Shown piece after piece: positions 49,026 through 60,830 of a DNA stretch of 64,000 bases. This DNA is from Nemertoderma westbladi (lineage: Eukaryota; Animalia; Xenacoelomorpha). Every line of letters starts with the position of its first letter. Positions within the stretch are counted from its first letter, which is position 1. The stretch lies in assembly GCA_032718475.1 (NCBI GenBank), contig JAUCBJ010006687.1, forward strand, positions 10,635 to 74,634, in the 5' to 3' direction. The notes beneath the pieces were generated by a model. The model was not told where the DNA came from, did no database searches, and was given only the letters and a program-made list of their open reading frames with translations. The position numbers were made by a program, and so were the translations under genes.

Positions 49026-50730
49026 GTGCACCCCCCACCCCGACGGAACAGACTAGCATACACCCACCCCCCTCCCTCCCCAATGAAACAGACTAACTTT
49101 CACACACCCTCCCCCTAGCTTTCTTATTTTGCTATTATTGTTTTATTTGTATTGTTTTTATCTAATAATTTGAACGGCCCAGTGCTTAAGATTAAACAAT
49201 TTATAAGATAACATTGAGTATGAGTAACATCAGCGAAGTTTGTAATATATATGAGAATGGGGCAAATTTAACAAGCGGCAAGCGCTAGATTAACTTGCAG
49301 TATGAAATTAAATTTAACATATACTCGTATAATTAATAATTAAATAATGCTAAAAGTTATGTGTTTCCCAAAATGATGGTAGAGCCGTCCTACTCCTCCC
49401 TGGCGGTTATATTTATTATGTTTACCGGCAATCATGTCCAATAAACACCTCTCCAGCAAAGACCTATGTATTAGTATATACCATGAGCTTTTTTATGAAT
49501 ACGCTAGAGATGTTTAAACACTAAGATATATATCATTTATTAGGTAAAAAACAGCAATGTGAAAGTCATAATCACACCCATATCACTCATCTTTGTGGAT
49601 TAAAAAATATCGCTATGTACTGTAATATTTTTGGTGAAGTATAAACCTGTCTTAAACAGGTTAGTACTTAGATACCAATACAGTAAGTACTTGTATAATT
49701 AATTAAATATATATTGTTAATAATATTATAAATTTGAAGAGGAGCCGTCATTAAATAGAGAAGGTAATTTTTTCCACTTCTGAACAAACCCATAATAATA
49801 CACCTTTAATTACTGATATTAAACCTACCGGATATCATAATATTACAGTATTACCAGGTTAATTAGTTATTTTACGAGATATTTACCCGATGGTTAAGTT
49901 ATAAACCCGAGGCGTAGCCGAGGACTTATAAGAGTAAATATTTATTTTTTTACTTAATGAACTATTTACTACACAATATAATCATATTGATACTTATTTT
50001 CATATCATTGAGTAAGTTCCTGGTGCATACTGATTATATTATGTATATATTATATGTATATATTATGTTTATCTTTATCAGTTTACGAGTTTTTAAAAAC
50101 TCGTAAGTATCTCGTAAAAATATTCATTACAAGGTAAATATTATACAGGTTGTAGTTTATATCGGGATATCTAACCTTCAAATCAATGTTGTTATATTTT
50201 ACGCATAGTAGTACTCTATGGCTATTGCAATTTGATATGATTATTTTATGCCGTTGTGGGTGGGTAATAAATAAATATATAAGATTTGTTTGTATTGCAA
50301 CCGAGAACATTTTTAAAGGCAAGGATCTGATTCATTGTATAAAAAGAACTAGTCTTACAGCTGTAAACACTACTTTGCTTCGCTAATAAATGTACAAATT
50401 TGAAGCTGCTATAAATATTAACGGCGAAAGTTAATTTAAATTTTTTGAATAAATTTATATTAAAAATTCATGCAACATCACTGGACACCGACTCTCATTA
50501 TCTTATAATATCTAAGGCAATATTCCTCACAAAAGTATGCCATATGTTCTTGTTATTTTGATTTGTTTGCCTAGGCGAATGTGTATCACATTAGACGGGA
50601 GGCAGCGTGTTTGGTTGGTGAAAGTCATTGTTGGTTTGCATCTTCCAATCCCATCTGTTTCTTGGAGTCCATGTTAGACAGGTTTGTTTAATATAACTTT
50701 TGTTGGGCACAGCTTTGCCAAAGTCGGCTA

Positions 50731-50771
50731 TGACGTCAAGGTGGGATCGAACTGGTAACCTTCGGGTTGGA
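50731..50771 (-). mobile_element. Partial tRNA-derived SINE head (B-box)
   Basis: Reverse complement TCCAACCCGAAGGTTACCAGTTCGATCCCACCTTGACGTCA matches 53061-53076 joined to 58743-58767. Confidence 0.65.
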
Positions 50772-50864
50772 TAGGAAACTCCATGGGGAGGTAAATTGCG
50801 GACATATAAGGTATCAGGTAGTATTTCCAGGTTTATCTTATACCTGAGCCGCTAGCTGAATGGT

Positions 50865-53039
50865 GACGACAGCAGACAATCATCCCATGCATGGAAATCG
50901 ATCAACTTGCTTAATGGGCGGAAAAGCCAACCAACCACCAAGGTTAAGGCTGAATCACCAGCCGATCGCCTCAATGGTTGGAAGGCCCACTTTGAAAAGC
51001 TCCTCAATAATGACAGGGTATTACCTGATAACTTTATAGAAGTAAAGTGTTCTGAGTCTGTACTCCCAGATATTCCCATTGGTGATATCTCCTTTGCAGA
51101 AGTGAAGGCTGCTGCAAAGAGCATTAAGACCAATAGTGCCAGTGGAGTAGATGGTGTTCCCCCTGAGGTCTTTAAAATACCTGAGTGTTTAAAGCTCATC
51201 TACAGTATCCCATCATATAGTAGACATGTACCGAACAACAAGAGTCCCACAAGAAATGAAAACAAATAAGTTGGTGCCAGTTCCCAAGAAGGGCAACCTA
51301 ACACTCTATGGTTCTTTTCGGGGAAACTCATTGATCTCGATTGCTGCAAAGCTATACAATAGAATTCTATTAAATCGCATCAAGGATCCCATTGAGAGAC
51401 TGCTCCGTGGAAATCAGAATGGGTTCCGTAAAGGTCGTGGGACCATGGAGCCCATTTTGGCACTTATAAGGATAATTGAAGAGTTATCAAAAAAGAAAGA
51501 CAGGCATCTGGCTGTTATCTTTGTTGACTTCTTCAAGGCCTTTGATTCAGTCTCTCGCTCACTTATGTTCAGCATACTTTCATTATATGGGATTCCTGAT
51601 GAAATTATTGCAGCAATCAGATCAGTATACGATGGTTCGACAACATTTGTGTCTACTGTTGACGGTGACACAGAACCATTTGAAGTGTTATGGGGCGTCC
51701 TCCAGGGAGACACCTTGCACCATTCTTGTTCATAATTGTGGTTGACTATGTTCTACGCATGTCCTTAGATCATCATAATGATGATGGGGTGATGGTAACT
51801 GCACATACTGGCTCCATAAATCGAGGAAATCCTGCCACGTACCTTACTGATCTAGACTTTGCTGATGACTTAGGAGTACTCTCAGAATCACTAGAGGGAG
51901 CCCAACGGCTCCTCAGCTCATTAGAACATACTGCTTCTAGTGTTGGTCTTTTTATTAACTCCTGGAAGACCACAATTTTAACAGTTAACTTTGAAAGTCC
52001 TCAGCAAGTCTCTGATCGGATGAGCATAAGCTCAAAGGATGGTATGCTTGAGCATGTGGACGACTTCTGTTACCTGGGATCATGGATCCGGAAGTCAGGT
52101 GAGGACCTTCGAATACGTAAGGGAAAGGCAAGGGCAGCCTTGAATTGGATTTCCAGGATTTGGAAGTCACCGAGAATTAATCGGAAACTTAAGGTCCGTG
52201 TGATGATATACTGTACGCATCTACTACGCGGACGCAGCCCGCGCTGCTTATACCTAGAGATACCCGCGTGACACGCGATGACGTCACAGTCAGACTACTG
52301 CTACGCGCCCTATGCAGCCCATAGCCTAGCGCTCTGCTTATCTGGCATACTGGCATATACTGTCTCTGCACCGTACTGCTGTAGGGGTCCTTCAAGGACA
52401 CAGGTCTGGACTCGGGACTCTGTCGAACACTGCCACACTATCGTTGTGTGTACCGCGTTGTATTCCTCATACATTATATTCTACATTATATGATCGTGAT
52501 TTATGTTGATATTTCTCCACCTCATATTCTCATATGCTCAGTGCATATCCCCATAGTCCGATTATTTAGAGCAGCAGTAGTTCCAGTACTCCTCTATGGG
52601 ATTCCATGCTGGGCTCTAACTGCTGAGGACACCAAATCTCTGGATGGCACATTCACAAGAATGCTACGCCGGGTTCATTGTGTCAAGTACAATGCACACA
52701 TCTCCAAACAGACACTATATAACATTGGAGGTGTCTCATTGGTTCCCCCAAGCTTGACACTAGAACAAAATCGCCTCCGCTTTGCAGGACATTGCTTTTG
52801 CCGTGAGGACCAGCCAGTGCATAATCTTGTACTTTGGCAGCCTCATGGAGTGAATAAGCATGGTGGACAGCCCATGACTTTCTTGAGACGCATCTTAAAG
52901 GACACTGGCCTTGAAGATGCGGATGATCTAGCAAATGTCATGGGTGATAGGGAATTGTGGCGGCGCAATTTTGTCGACAAGCCGGCACAGTATTCTTAAA
53001 AATGCAGCTGCATGCAGCATGCCAATCCTAGTAGTAGTA
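50865..53039 (+). mobile_element. 5'-truncated RTE-clade LINE with (GTA)n tail and 7-bp TSD
   Basis: RT motifs (DFFKAFDSV, GVLQGDT, LDFADD, FCYLGS), RTE C-terminus RLRFAGHC.R...DRELWR; tail at 53029-53039; GAATGGT at 50858-50864 and 53040-53046. Confidence 0.9.
52199..52555. mobile_element. Solo LTR (357 bp) inserted in the RTE
   Basis: Absent from the other RTE copy (~30720); 5-bp TSD GTCCG at 52194-52198 and 52556-52560; starts TG; imperfect terminal IR TGTGATGATAT...ATATCCCCATA. Confidence 0.8.
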
Positions 53040-53609
53040 GAATGGTTGGAGCGTCGGACTTCCAACCCGGCGGTCAATCAATCAATCCGGGATGGCCCGG
53101 TCCATTGTTATTACCAATCAATAATAAGAATAGCTTTAATATGTAGCACCCCAACACCAATAAACAGAAGATACAGTGTAATTGGAAAGAATACTGGTAG
53201 GGTGAATAATGAGACCACCCGGTTGCTTAGCTGTAGCAGTGCTAGTATAGCTAGCAACCGGGCGTTTAATCTTAAGCTATTGGGTTACATTGATAGAAAT
53301 AAGCGAAAAAAGAGGAGGGGGGGGGGGGGAATCTCGGTAGTATCAAATTTTAAATAAAACTTATATACAGTTGGATATGACAGAAATGTGCGGGAATCTG
53401 GCTAGATACAGTATCTATATAGTGGGATAGTAGATTCCTAAAAGGAGCGTAGGTACTGTGGATAGGATAGCAAGAAGTTTAAAACTGTAGTTTTCATATT
53501 ATTATTAATAGCCTACTGTAATAAAAGCTGAGTATGGAGGTGAAACCTATGAAGTTTTGGCCATCGGATATTTTTGGGGATGTGACAGGTAACAGCTTTA
53601 GGGAGGACA

Positions 53610-56600
53610 TTATAGAAGTGATTCCAAATATAGTTTTTTTAAACGAGAAGTGAACATAACTTTGTTTTTTGAGGTTTTAATTTCGAGTGGTAGATCGTTC
53701 CAAATTTTAGGTCCAGTAAATTTTAGTGATTGTTGGGAAATTTGTAACCGAACTCGGGGAATAAAAAAATTTTGTGCTGACGCAGAACGGGTATTGTAGT
53801 GGTGTATTGAGGATGTGGCTTTAAAAATATTTACTAGAGCTTCAGTTTTGGTTCTATTTTTGATGTCGAACATGAACTTTGCGGTCTCCAATTCAAAAAG
53901 TTTATTAAATGGCAAAATATTTAGAGATTTGTATATCGGGGCCGCATGTTCTCGGAAGTGGTTAAAAGTTATTGCTCTAATTATTTTGTTAACTTTAGTT
54001 TTAATTTTGTTGGTATAAATATCGTAGCTGTTTCCCCATAAAACTAAGCCGTACAATAGATGTGGGTGGACTAGCGCAAAGTATAATGTTCTTAGTATGT
54101 GTAATGGGAGAATGTGCCTTAATTTGAAAAATATTCCTGTAAGTTTTGAGATTTTGGATAAAATATATTCACAGTGTAATTTCCAGTTAATTTTATTATC
54201 TATGTAAATACCTAAAAATTTAGAAGCTATTTTTTGTGGCAGCGGGGTGGACTGTATATTAACCGTAGGAATCTGTGGTTGTCTAGAGTTGTGGAATACG
54301 ATATACTCAGTTTTTTTTAAATTTAATGATAGTTTGTTGTCTATAAGCCAGTCGTGTAGTTTCTCGAGTTCTGTGTTAACAGTTGAAATAAGCGTATTGG
54401 TATTGTTATTGCAGTAAAGTAATGTCGTATCGTCAGCGAAGAGTGTTGTCAGTAATTTAGTGCAATTCGGTAAGTCATTTATGTAGAGTAAGAATAATGT
54501 GGGACTGAGTATGGCTCCCTGAGGAGTTCCACAAGGTGAGCTAGTTGTTGCAGATGTAGTGCCGTCAATGTGTACGACCTGTGTTCTATTGTTTAAAAAA
54601 CTGCATATTAATTGATGTGGGAGTCCGCGTATGCCGTAACAGTCTAGTTTTTTTAACAGTATGTCGTGGTCAAGGGTGTCGAATGCTTTCTTAAGGTCTA
54701 CTGAAATAAGACAGGCGGAGCTTTGGTTGTCCAGAGTTTCTTGCAATTGTTCAGTAATGGTTAGTATGGCGTCAGTAGTGGTAATTTGTTTACGGAATCC
54801 GTGTTGAGCTGAAGAAAGTAGGGAATATTTATTTAAGTATGCCATTAATTGAGTATTAATTAGTCTTTCATAGATTTTAGTGAAGATTGGTAAAATTGAA
54901 ATTGGACGGTAATTATTTTTGTCTGTCGGATCACCTGACTTATAAATAGGTATTATTTTAGCCTTTTTTAGAATTTGCGGATAAAATCCATTTAAAATAG
55001 ATAATTTAATTAAATATGTGAGGTGTGGAGCTATTATGTGTGCTGCTAATTTAACCAGTGAAACGGGAAATTCATCATAAGTAGATACATTATTGTCTAT
55101 GTCAAGTAAAAAATAAACAATTTCTATTTCACATGGTTCTAAAAGAGAAAAGGAATTATATTTACTATTTTTAATGAAGCGAGTTGGTTGTCTATTAGAT
55201 TTTGGAATTTTGTCGGCAAGTTGAGGTCCTATAGATGAAAAATGAGAATTAAAAATATCGGCAATTAATGCACTATCACTCGTGGTTGTACCGGATGGGT
55301 CTGTTTTGATTTTGATTGGGCTAGATAACTTTTTTGATCGATGTAGAGCTGAGTTTATGGTTTTCCACGTTTTTTTCGAGCTATTTCTGTTTTTAATAAA
55401 TTCATTTTCATAAAAGTTTTTTTCTGCAGCACGAAGAGTTTTTGTTAATTTATTTCTATAGCAGGAGTATTGCGATAATTTTAAGTTAGATGGGTTTGAC
55501 ATTAACGCAGCGTATAAATTATTTTTTTTTATTACACATTTTACTAGATTTGTGGTCATCCATGGCTTTTTGGGAATAAATTTTGTTTTAATTTCCTTTT
55601 TTGGTAAGTGTTTAGTGCACAATGAGTTGAAGTTTTCATAAAAAATTGAAAATTTATCTTCCTTTGCTATTAAATCTTCGTTATAAGTCCAGTTATTTTT
55701 GTTTTGAAGATCCGCTAAAAAACTTTTTTGGTTGAATTTTGTGTAATCGAATGTAGTACGTTTTGGTTCAGATGAGGTTAGGTAGGAATCAAAATCATTA
55801 ATTAAAATAAAGGTGGCCAAGTGATCCGTGGTACCTATTTGAGTCAGGAAAACTCCGGCGGAAACGAACTTGTCGGTAATATTTGTGGATATGTGGTCGA
55901 TCAGTGATTTTGAATATAGAGTGATTCTCGTTGCCTGCTTAATTATCTGTTGAAACCCGTATGTGTGTAATATGTTATTGTAGTTTTTCGTTGATAAGTT
56001 ATGTTTTAAGGTATCGATGTTTATATCACCTGTAATAATTGTATCGTATTTAAGATCAGAAATAATGTTAAGATTGCGGTTTAATTCGTCTAAGAATTTA
56101 ACTTCTGGGCAAGTATCTGGTCGGTAAATTGTTCCTATGAGTAATGGTTTTCTGTTAGTGTTGTTTACTCCGCCTGGTTTCAGTAGTACCCAAGAAGATT
56201 CACATCCATCCAAATTAAATTTTGTCTGTATAGAATATTGTAGTCCGTCTTTGATATAGATTGCGGTTCCGCCCCTGTCCAATTTCCCGTATAGTCTATT
56301 ATTTGTGAGAGGTCCACTGTATCCGTCAAGTTTAGTTAAAGAGAGGTCTGTTTCGTCAGTAAGAAATGTCTCTGTAAAAGTTAATATGTCAAACTGTTTA
56401 TTAAGTAAATCTAAATGAGTTGTTGTATCCTGAAAGTTTTTCCGGAGACTTCTGCAGTTTAGGTGGAAGACGGATAGTTGCTTCTTGTTACTGGTCTGTT
56501 GGTCTACTAGGGTATTGAATGAGTCTTGATTATAGTAGTCAGAGCTGTTAATTGTAGAAAGTAAATTACTGTCTGGGTCAATCGAATGAAAATGGTTATT

Positions 56601-56869
56601 TGAATCTGTGAAGTCGGTATTGTCATTATTGTTGTCGTCATTAGATGGGAATATATCAGTTATGCAAAGGGAAATAAATCAGAGTAGCAGTGAATACAAT
56701 AGGTTGTGATGGAGAGGTCAGATTTCGATATGGAGAGATCAGATAAATCAAGACAGGTCCCGCACGGGAAGTGGAAAGTGTTTTTACAAATTGAGCAATT
56801 TAGCAATAAATCAGACGGGGATACTACCGAGAAACAGAATGAACAAGAAGGTGGAACGGGAGGGGACAT
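53610..56869 (-). pseudogene. LINE ORF2: N-terminal PHD finger, APE endonuclease and RT; one frameshift at ~56662
   Basis: The frame stays open upstream of the track start (IDPDSNLL...FHLNCRSLRKNF...FDILTFTETFL...RGGTAIY); GDINID, SLIDHI, DLKKAFD, GTPQG, FADD; PHD C..C...C..C...H..C...C..C at 56660-56869. Confidence 0.9.
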
Positions 56870-57711
56870 ATAATATACAAATTTATAGCTATAATAATAG
56901 ATAGTTTAGACTGTACCCATATATATTTGAAAGGGTAAAAAACTAAAAAACCCAATATTGAATAAGTAATATTCTTTTACCTAAAGAACAAATAATATAT
57001 CATATTTTGGAAAGTGCCAATTACATATACCAGTAATATATATCATATTTTGGAAAATATATGGGTGATTCCATATGAAGGATAGGATAAGCAAAAAACA
57101 TAACTCAATGAATAAATTATATACTTGCGAAAGGAAAGGAAACTGTGGATCTAAATTAGAATGGATTTGAGTATCTAGTTTTAAGTTTCTATACCAATAA
57201 TATATATGTCATATTTTGAAAAAAGAAACTGAGGGATAAGATAAACAAAATAACGTATCTCAATGAATTATTATATATACTTTCAAAAAAGAAAACGAAA
57301 TTTTTTTTTGTAAAACTGCGGATCCAGTTGAAGTAGATAGAATTGAATATCCATTTTAAGTTTATGAGACTATATAATGAGACAGCCAATTACATACCAA
57401 CTAGTGACGGGCATTGAAAAAAGTCTGAAATATAAGATAAAAAGAAAACATATCTCAACGACATACTTGCAAAAAGAAAAAAAAAATCGTCTAGAGTTGT
57501 TATATGTATCAATATTTTGAAAAATTAAGCTAAGCTTTAAGTGGTCGATCTCAAGAAAGAAATGGGCTAATAAACAGAATGACCATCACCAATAATTCCT
57601 CGTTACAGGTTTTAAGAAAACGGGTCAGAACCATTGACCAGGGTGACCCGGTTTGACGGTAACTGGGTGGGTTCATACAGATAACATGGGTATGGCGAGC
57701 CAATCCCCATA

Positions 57712-58540
57712 CTAGGATGATAAGTAGTTATATCGGTTGTTGACAGCGTCGTTACTATTCGAAGTATCCGCCATCGATTGCGAGCCGGAACGTACGTTCG
57801 CATTCCGACGACTGGTTCTTCTTTCTGATACTTGATGGTAGGTATTCGGATCAACTGGTTGGTGGAGAAGATCGAGGATAGACTGCTCTATACTTGGTTT
57901 GGGTGCGACGCCAACTATGGAATTGGCAGTATTCTCGTCGACTACGTGCAGCGGTCGAGAAGATTCTGTCTTCTTCATATAGACTTCGCCATTACGGGAA
58001 TAGGCTGCGTGTATCGATCCTGGATTTTTCTTTTTATACTCTCTTAGTTGGCGTAAGATAGTGGCACGTCGTGGTGTTAGATGGTCAGACACGTAAGCGG
58101 GCTCAATTTTGCGTTGGTTCATTAAAGCGGACAGGCGGTGGCGATGACCTAAGAATTTGATCAGAATAGGACGTAGTTTGGCCTTTAATTGAGATGACTG
58201 GCCTACTGCAGTCCCATCCGAATCGTTTGATATAGGCCTACTCGGTTTCGGCTCCTAAGCGGTGGAATACATCTACGCTTTCGAATGTTATACCTAGTTG
58301 TTCCACAACTTTCTGAACTTTGCCTCTTTCTTCTTCTACAGTTATTGATTCCGGAACCGCATGAATAAGTACATTGTAGCGTCGGATGTATTGCATAAGG
58401 GAGTCGTTTTCAAGTTTAAGCTGGTGGTTTTCGGTGCGTGTTTCAACTAATTGTTGCACGATTATCGGGATCAAGGCAGTATCTTTTTTTATTTGTTCTA
58501 ACCTAACGTTTCCATCAGAGTTGGTCCGACGTCTTTCCAC
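57712..58540 (-). pseudogene. LINE ORF1 (coiled coil plus RRM/Transposase_22-like), frameshifted near 58240
   Basis: QYIRRYNVLIHAVPE, VFHRLG, RPILIKF, YVSDHLT, AYSRNGEVY motifs. Confidence 0.8.
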
Positions 58541-60151
58541 GCGACAGACATAATAGGGTACGCGTATGCGGAAGCGTAGTACCGGTATAGTAACTGGTTT
58601 AAAGTCTTAAGGTCTAAAGTCTGATGTATGGGTCAGTTGATTAGGGTAGGCCTATCTAACTACTACTGAGCTATAGTTGCATACTGCAGTACTGCAGTAT
58701 CTCTCTTATCTCAGTATCTCAATGCATCTCAATGTTCAGTCACCAGTTCGATCCCACCTGGACGTCATTACAGACTCAAATATATTTTGCTTTAGATAAA
58801 CTTTTATAACTACAGTGCAAACAAATTGATGGAGTTTTCAATTTATTAACTAAACTCGTTTGAAATGTTAACCTATCTACAACCTGGGACACAGCCGCAA
58901 AGATCAGTTTATTCCACGAAGGGGGTCTTTCTGTATTAGAAAAATAAAATAAAGAACACTAATTATTTATACCTAATACATTCTCAGTTAGCCTAATTCA
59001 AACATCGGAGCAACCAATATAATGTACATGTACATGTACAAGCCTCCTATGAAAGTTTGTGAAATCTTCCATTACGTCTACCGCCCAACAGCCGTTGGTA
59101 CCCGGCTGGTAATCGACAGCTGTTGTAAACGTCCCAGATATACAAACCCTACTAAGCCTTTACATTATAATTGAGCTTAGTCTGGGATGATGACAGTATT
59201 ATAACGATGACAATAAGCCCTACTGTATAAATACATACGATATATAAATGATGTACTGCTTGACATTACACTAACTGACTGAATAGATGAACAATAATTA
59301 ACGATATAGTTAATGTGTAACTCCAATTAACAATAATTAGTGAAATGTTGTCCAATGTTCCCCTAGTATATATGACCTGCCATTAATTAGCAAGTGGCTC
59401 ATCTGACAGGCCTTATATACAGTATCACACCCCGGCTGCATGTGCAACTTGCAGTAGAACACGTAGGCCTACATTCATATTTCATGCTCAAGGTACATCC
59501 TAATACTTGACCAAACATTAGTTGTAATTTCCATAATGCAGAATACAACACAACTTTTTCGTCTGGAACTGTCTCTCATTCACATGAATGATTGTAAAAC
59601 CAGGTAAAGGACTATTATTCGATAAAAAAAAAAGTAAGCGGAAAACACCGCTTTTTTACTCATTTTCAATTTAGCGAAATTCAACTATTCTGTCCGAGTG
59701 GTTGAGTTTTACAAGAGTTGGCAGGTTTATAGCACGAGTGAACCGAGTGTTAAAATGCCAATTCGTTTTTATATCGAATACATTGTTTTATTTGAAAAAA
59801 ATATCACCAGCGTTATCAATGTTTACGACATTGACTATATTGACTATATTTTAATACGGAATCTCAAATGTCAAACAAATATATATCTAGCTGTACAGTA
59901 AGCTACCCGACAAGTCTCAGTCTACATAATATAATCAGTATGCACCAGGACCAGGAACTTACTCAATGATATGAAAGTATGTATCTATTTGATTATATTG
60001 TTTTAGTAAATAGTTCATTAAATAAAAAAATAAAAATTTAGAATAAAAATAATTAACTCAATTTTAAAAATATTAGTGAGAAAAATAGCCTTTTTCAAAT
60101 AAAATATATTATAGTGAATTAGTTATTAAACCCACACTTAGTACTGTAATT

Positions 60152-60200
60152 TTAACCCTATTAAACCCGGAGGGGGTCAATATGAGACCCCCCGTGGTTT
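60152..60200 (+). mobile_element. piggyBac-like terminus
   Basis: TTAACCCTATTAAACCCGGAGGGGGTCAATAT; inverted match at 27216-27256. Confidence 0.45.
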
Positions 60201-60830
60201 TTTTGTTATAACTCTGAAACAAAGAACAAAAAAACCAGCACCAAATTTTTTAAAATAAGCAAATTGATCAATAGATAGTATCATCTTGTTTCTTGCGTTA
60301 TACGGATTTATGAGGGTCTTGAATCCGATGGAATCAATAAAAACAGAACTGGACATCTGAAACTTGTACTTTTAGGTGATGGGTACGAAATTTGGTGCTA
60401 GCACCAACATTTGCCATATTACGCCGAAAAATACGCGTAGCAATGATCTGGCAAATTAAAAATGTATTCCATTAGAATCAGCGCGCCAGAAAACCTGAAA
60501 ATGCGAATTTATAGCATCGTATAAGTGAATCAAATTTTGTGTTCAAACTGAAAACTGCTGGTTAGTTGTTTTTTTCATTTTTTGCCTACGTAGAGGACTA
60601 AAACAGCCATTTATAGTAATCAGATTATTTTGAAATATTTTCCAAGGGATTTTGCGCCCCAGAAAACATGTATTCAAATGCTAATAAACTATAATTTTAA
60701 TAGAGATGTGCCGAGTCGAGCCAGGTATAGGCAATAGGTTATTACCAATATAATCAATTTCAATTTGGGGAATCGAATGTTTGTAGGTGTATAAAGTTGT
60801 TAATGCACAGGAATGTGCAAAGCCCATCAT

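Larger units (their letters stand above)
53077..58738 (-). mobile_element. Apparently full-length CR1/L2-group LINE
   Basis: ORF1 plus PHD-APE-RT ORF2; ATTAAA and (GATT)n 3' tail near 53077-53140; GTCA at both junctions (53073-53076 and 58739-58742) inside a SINE head. Confidence 0.85.

Noticed and set aside
30580-53039. Inverted RTE copies as the ends of a composite element or inversion around BEL copy 2
   Set aside because: The right copy has its own TSD and tail, and the two copies have different endpoints; independent insertions explain them
50846-53076. Functional tRNA-Gly(TCC) gene
   Set aside because: The reconstructed acceptor and T stems pair poorly and the unit is split by insertions; treated as a SINE head
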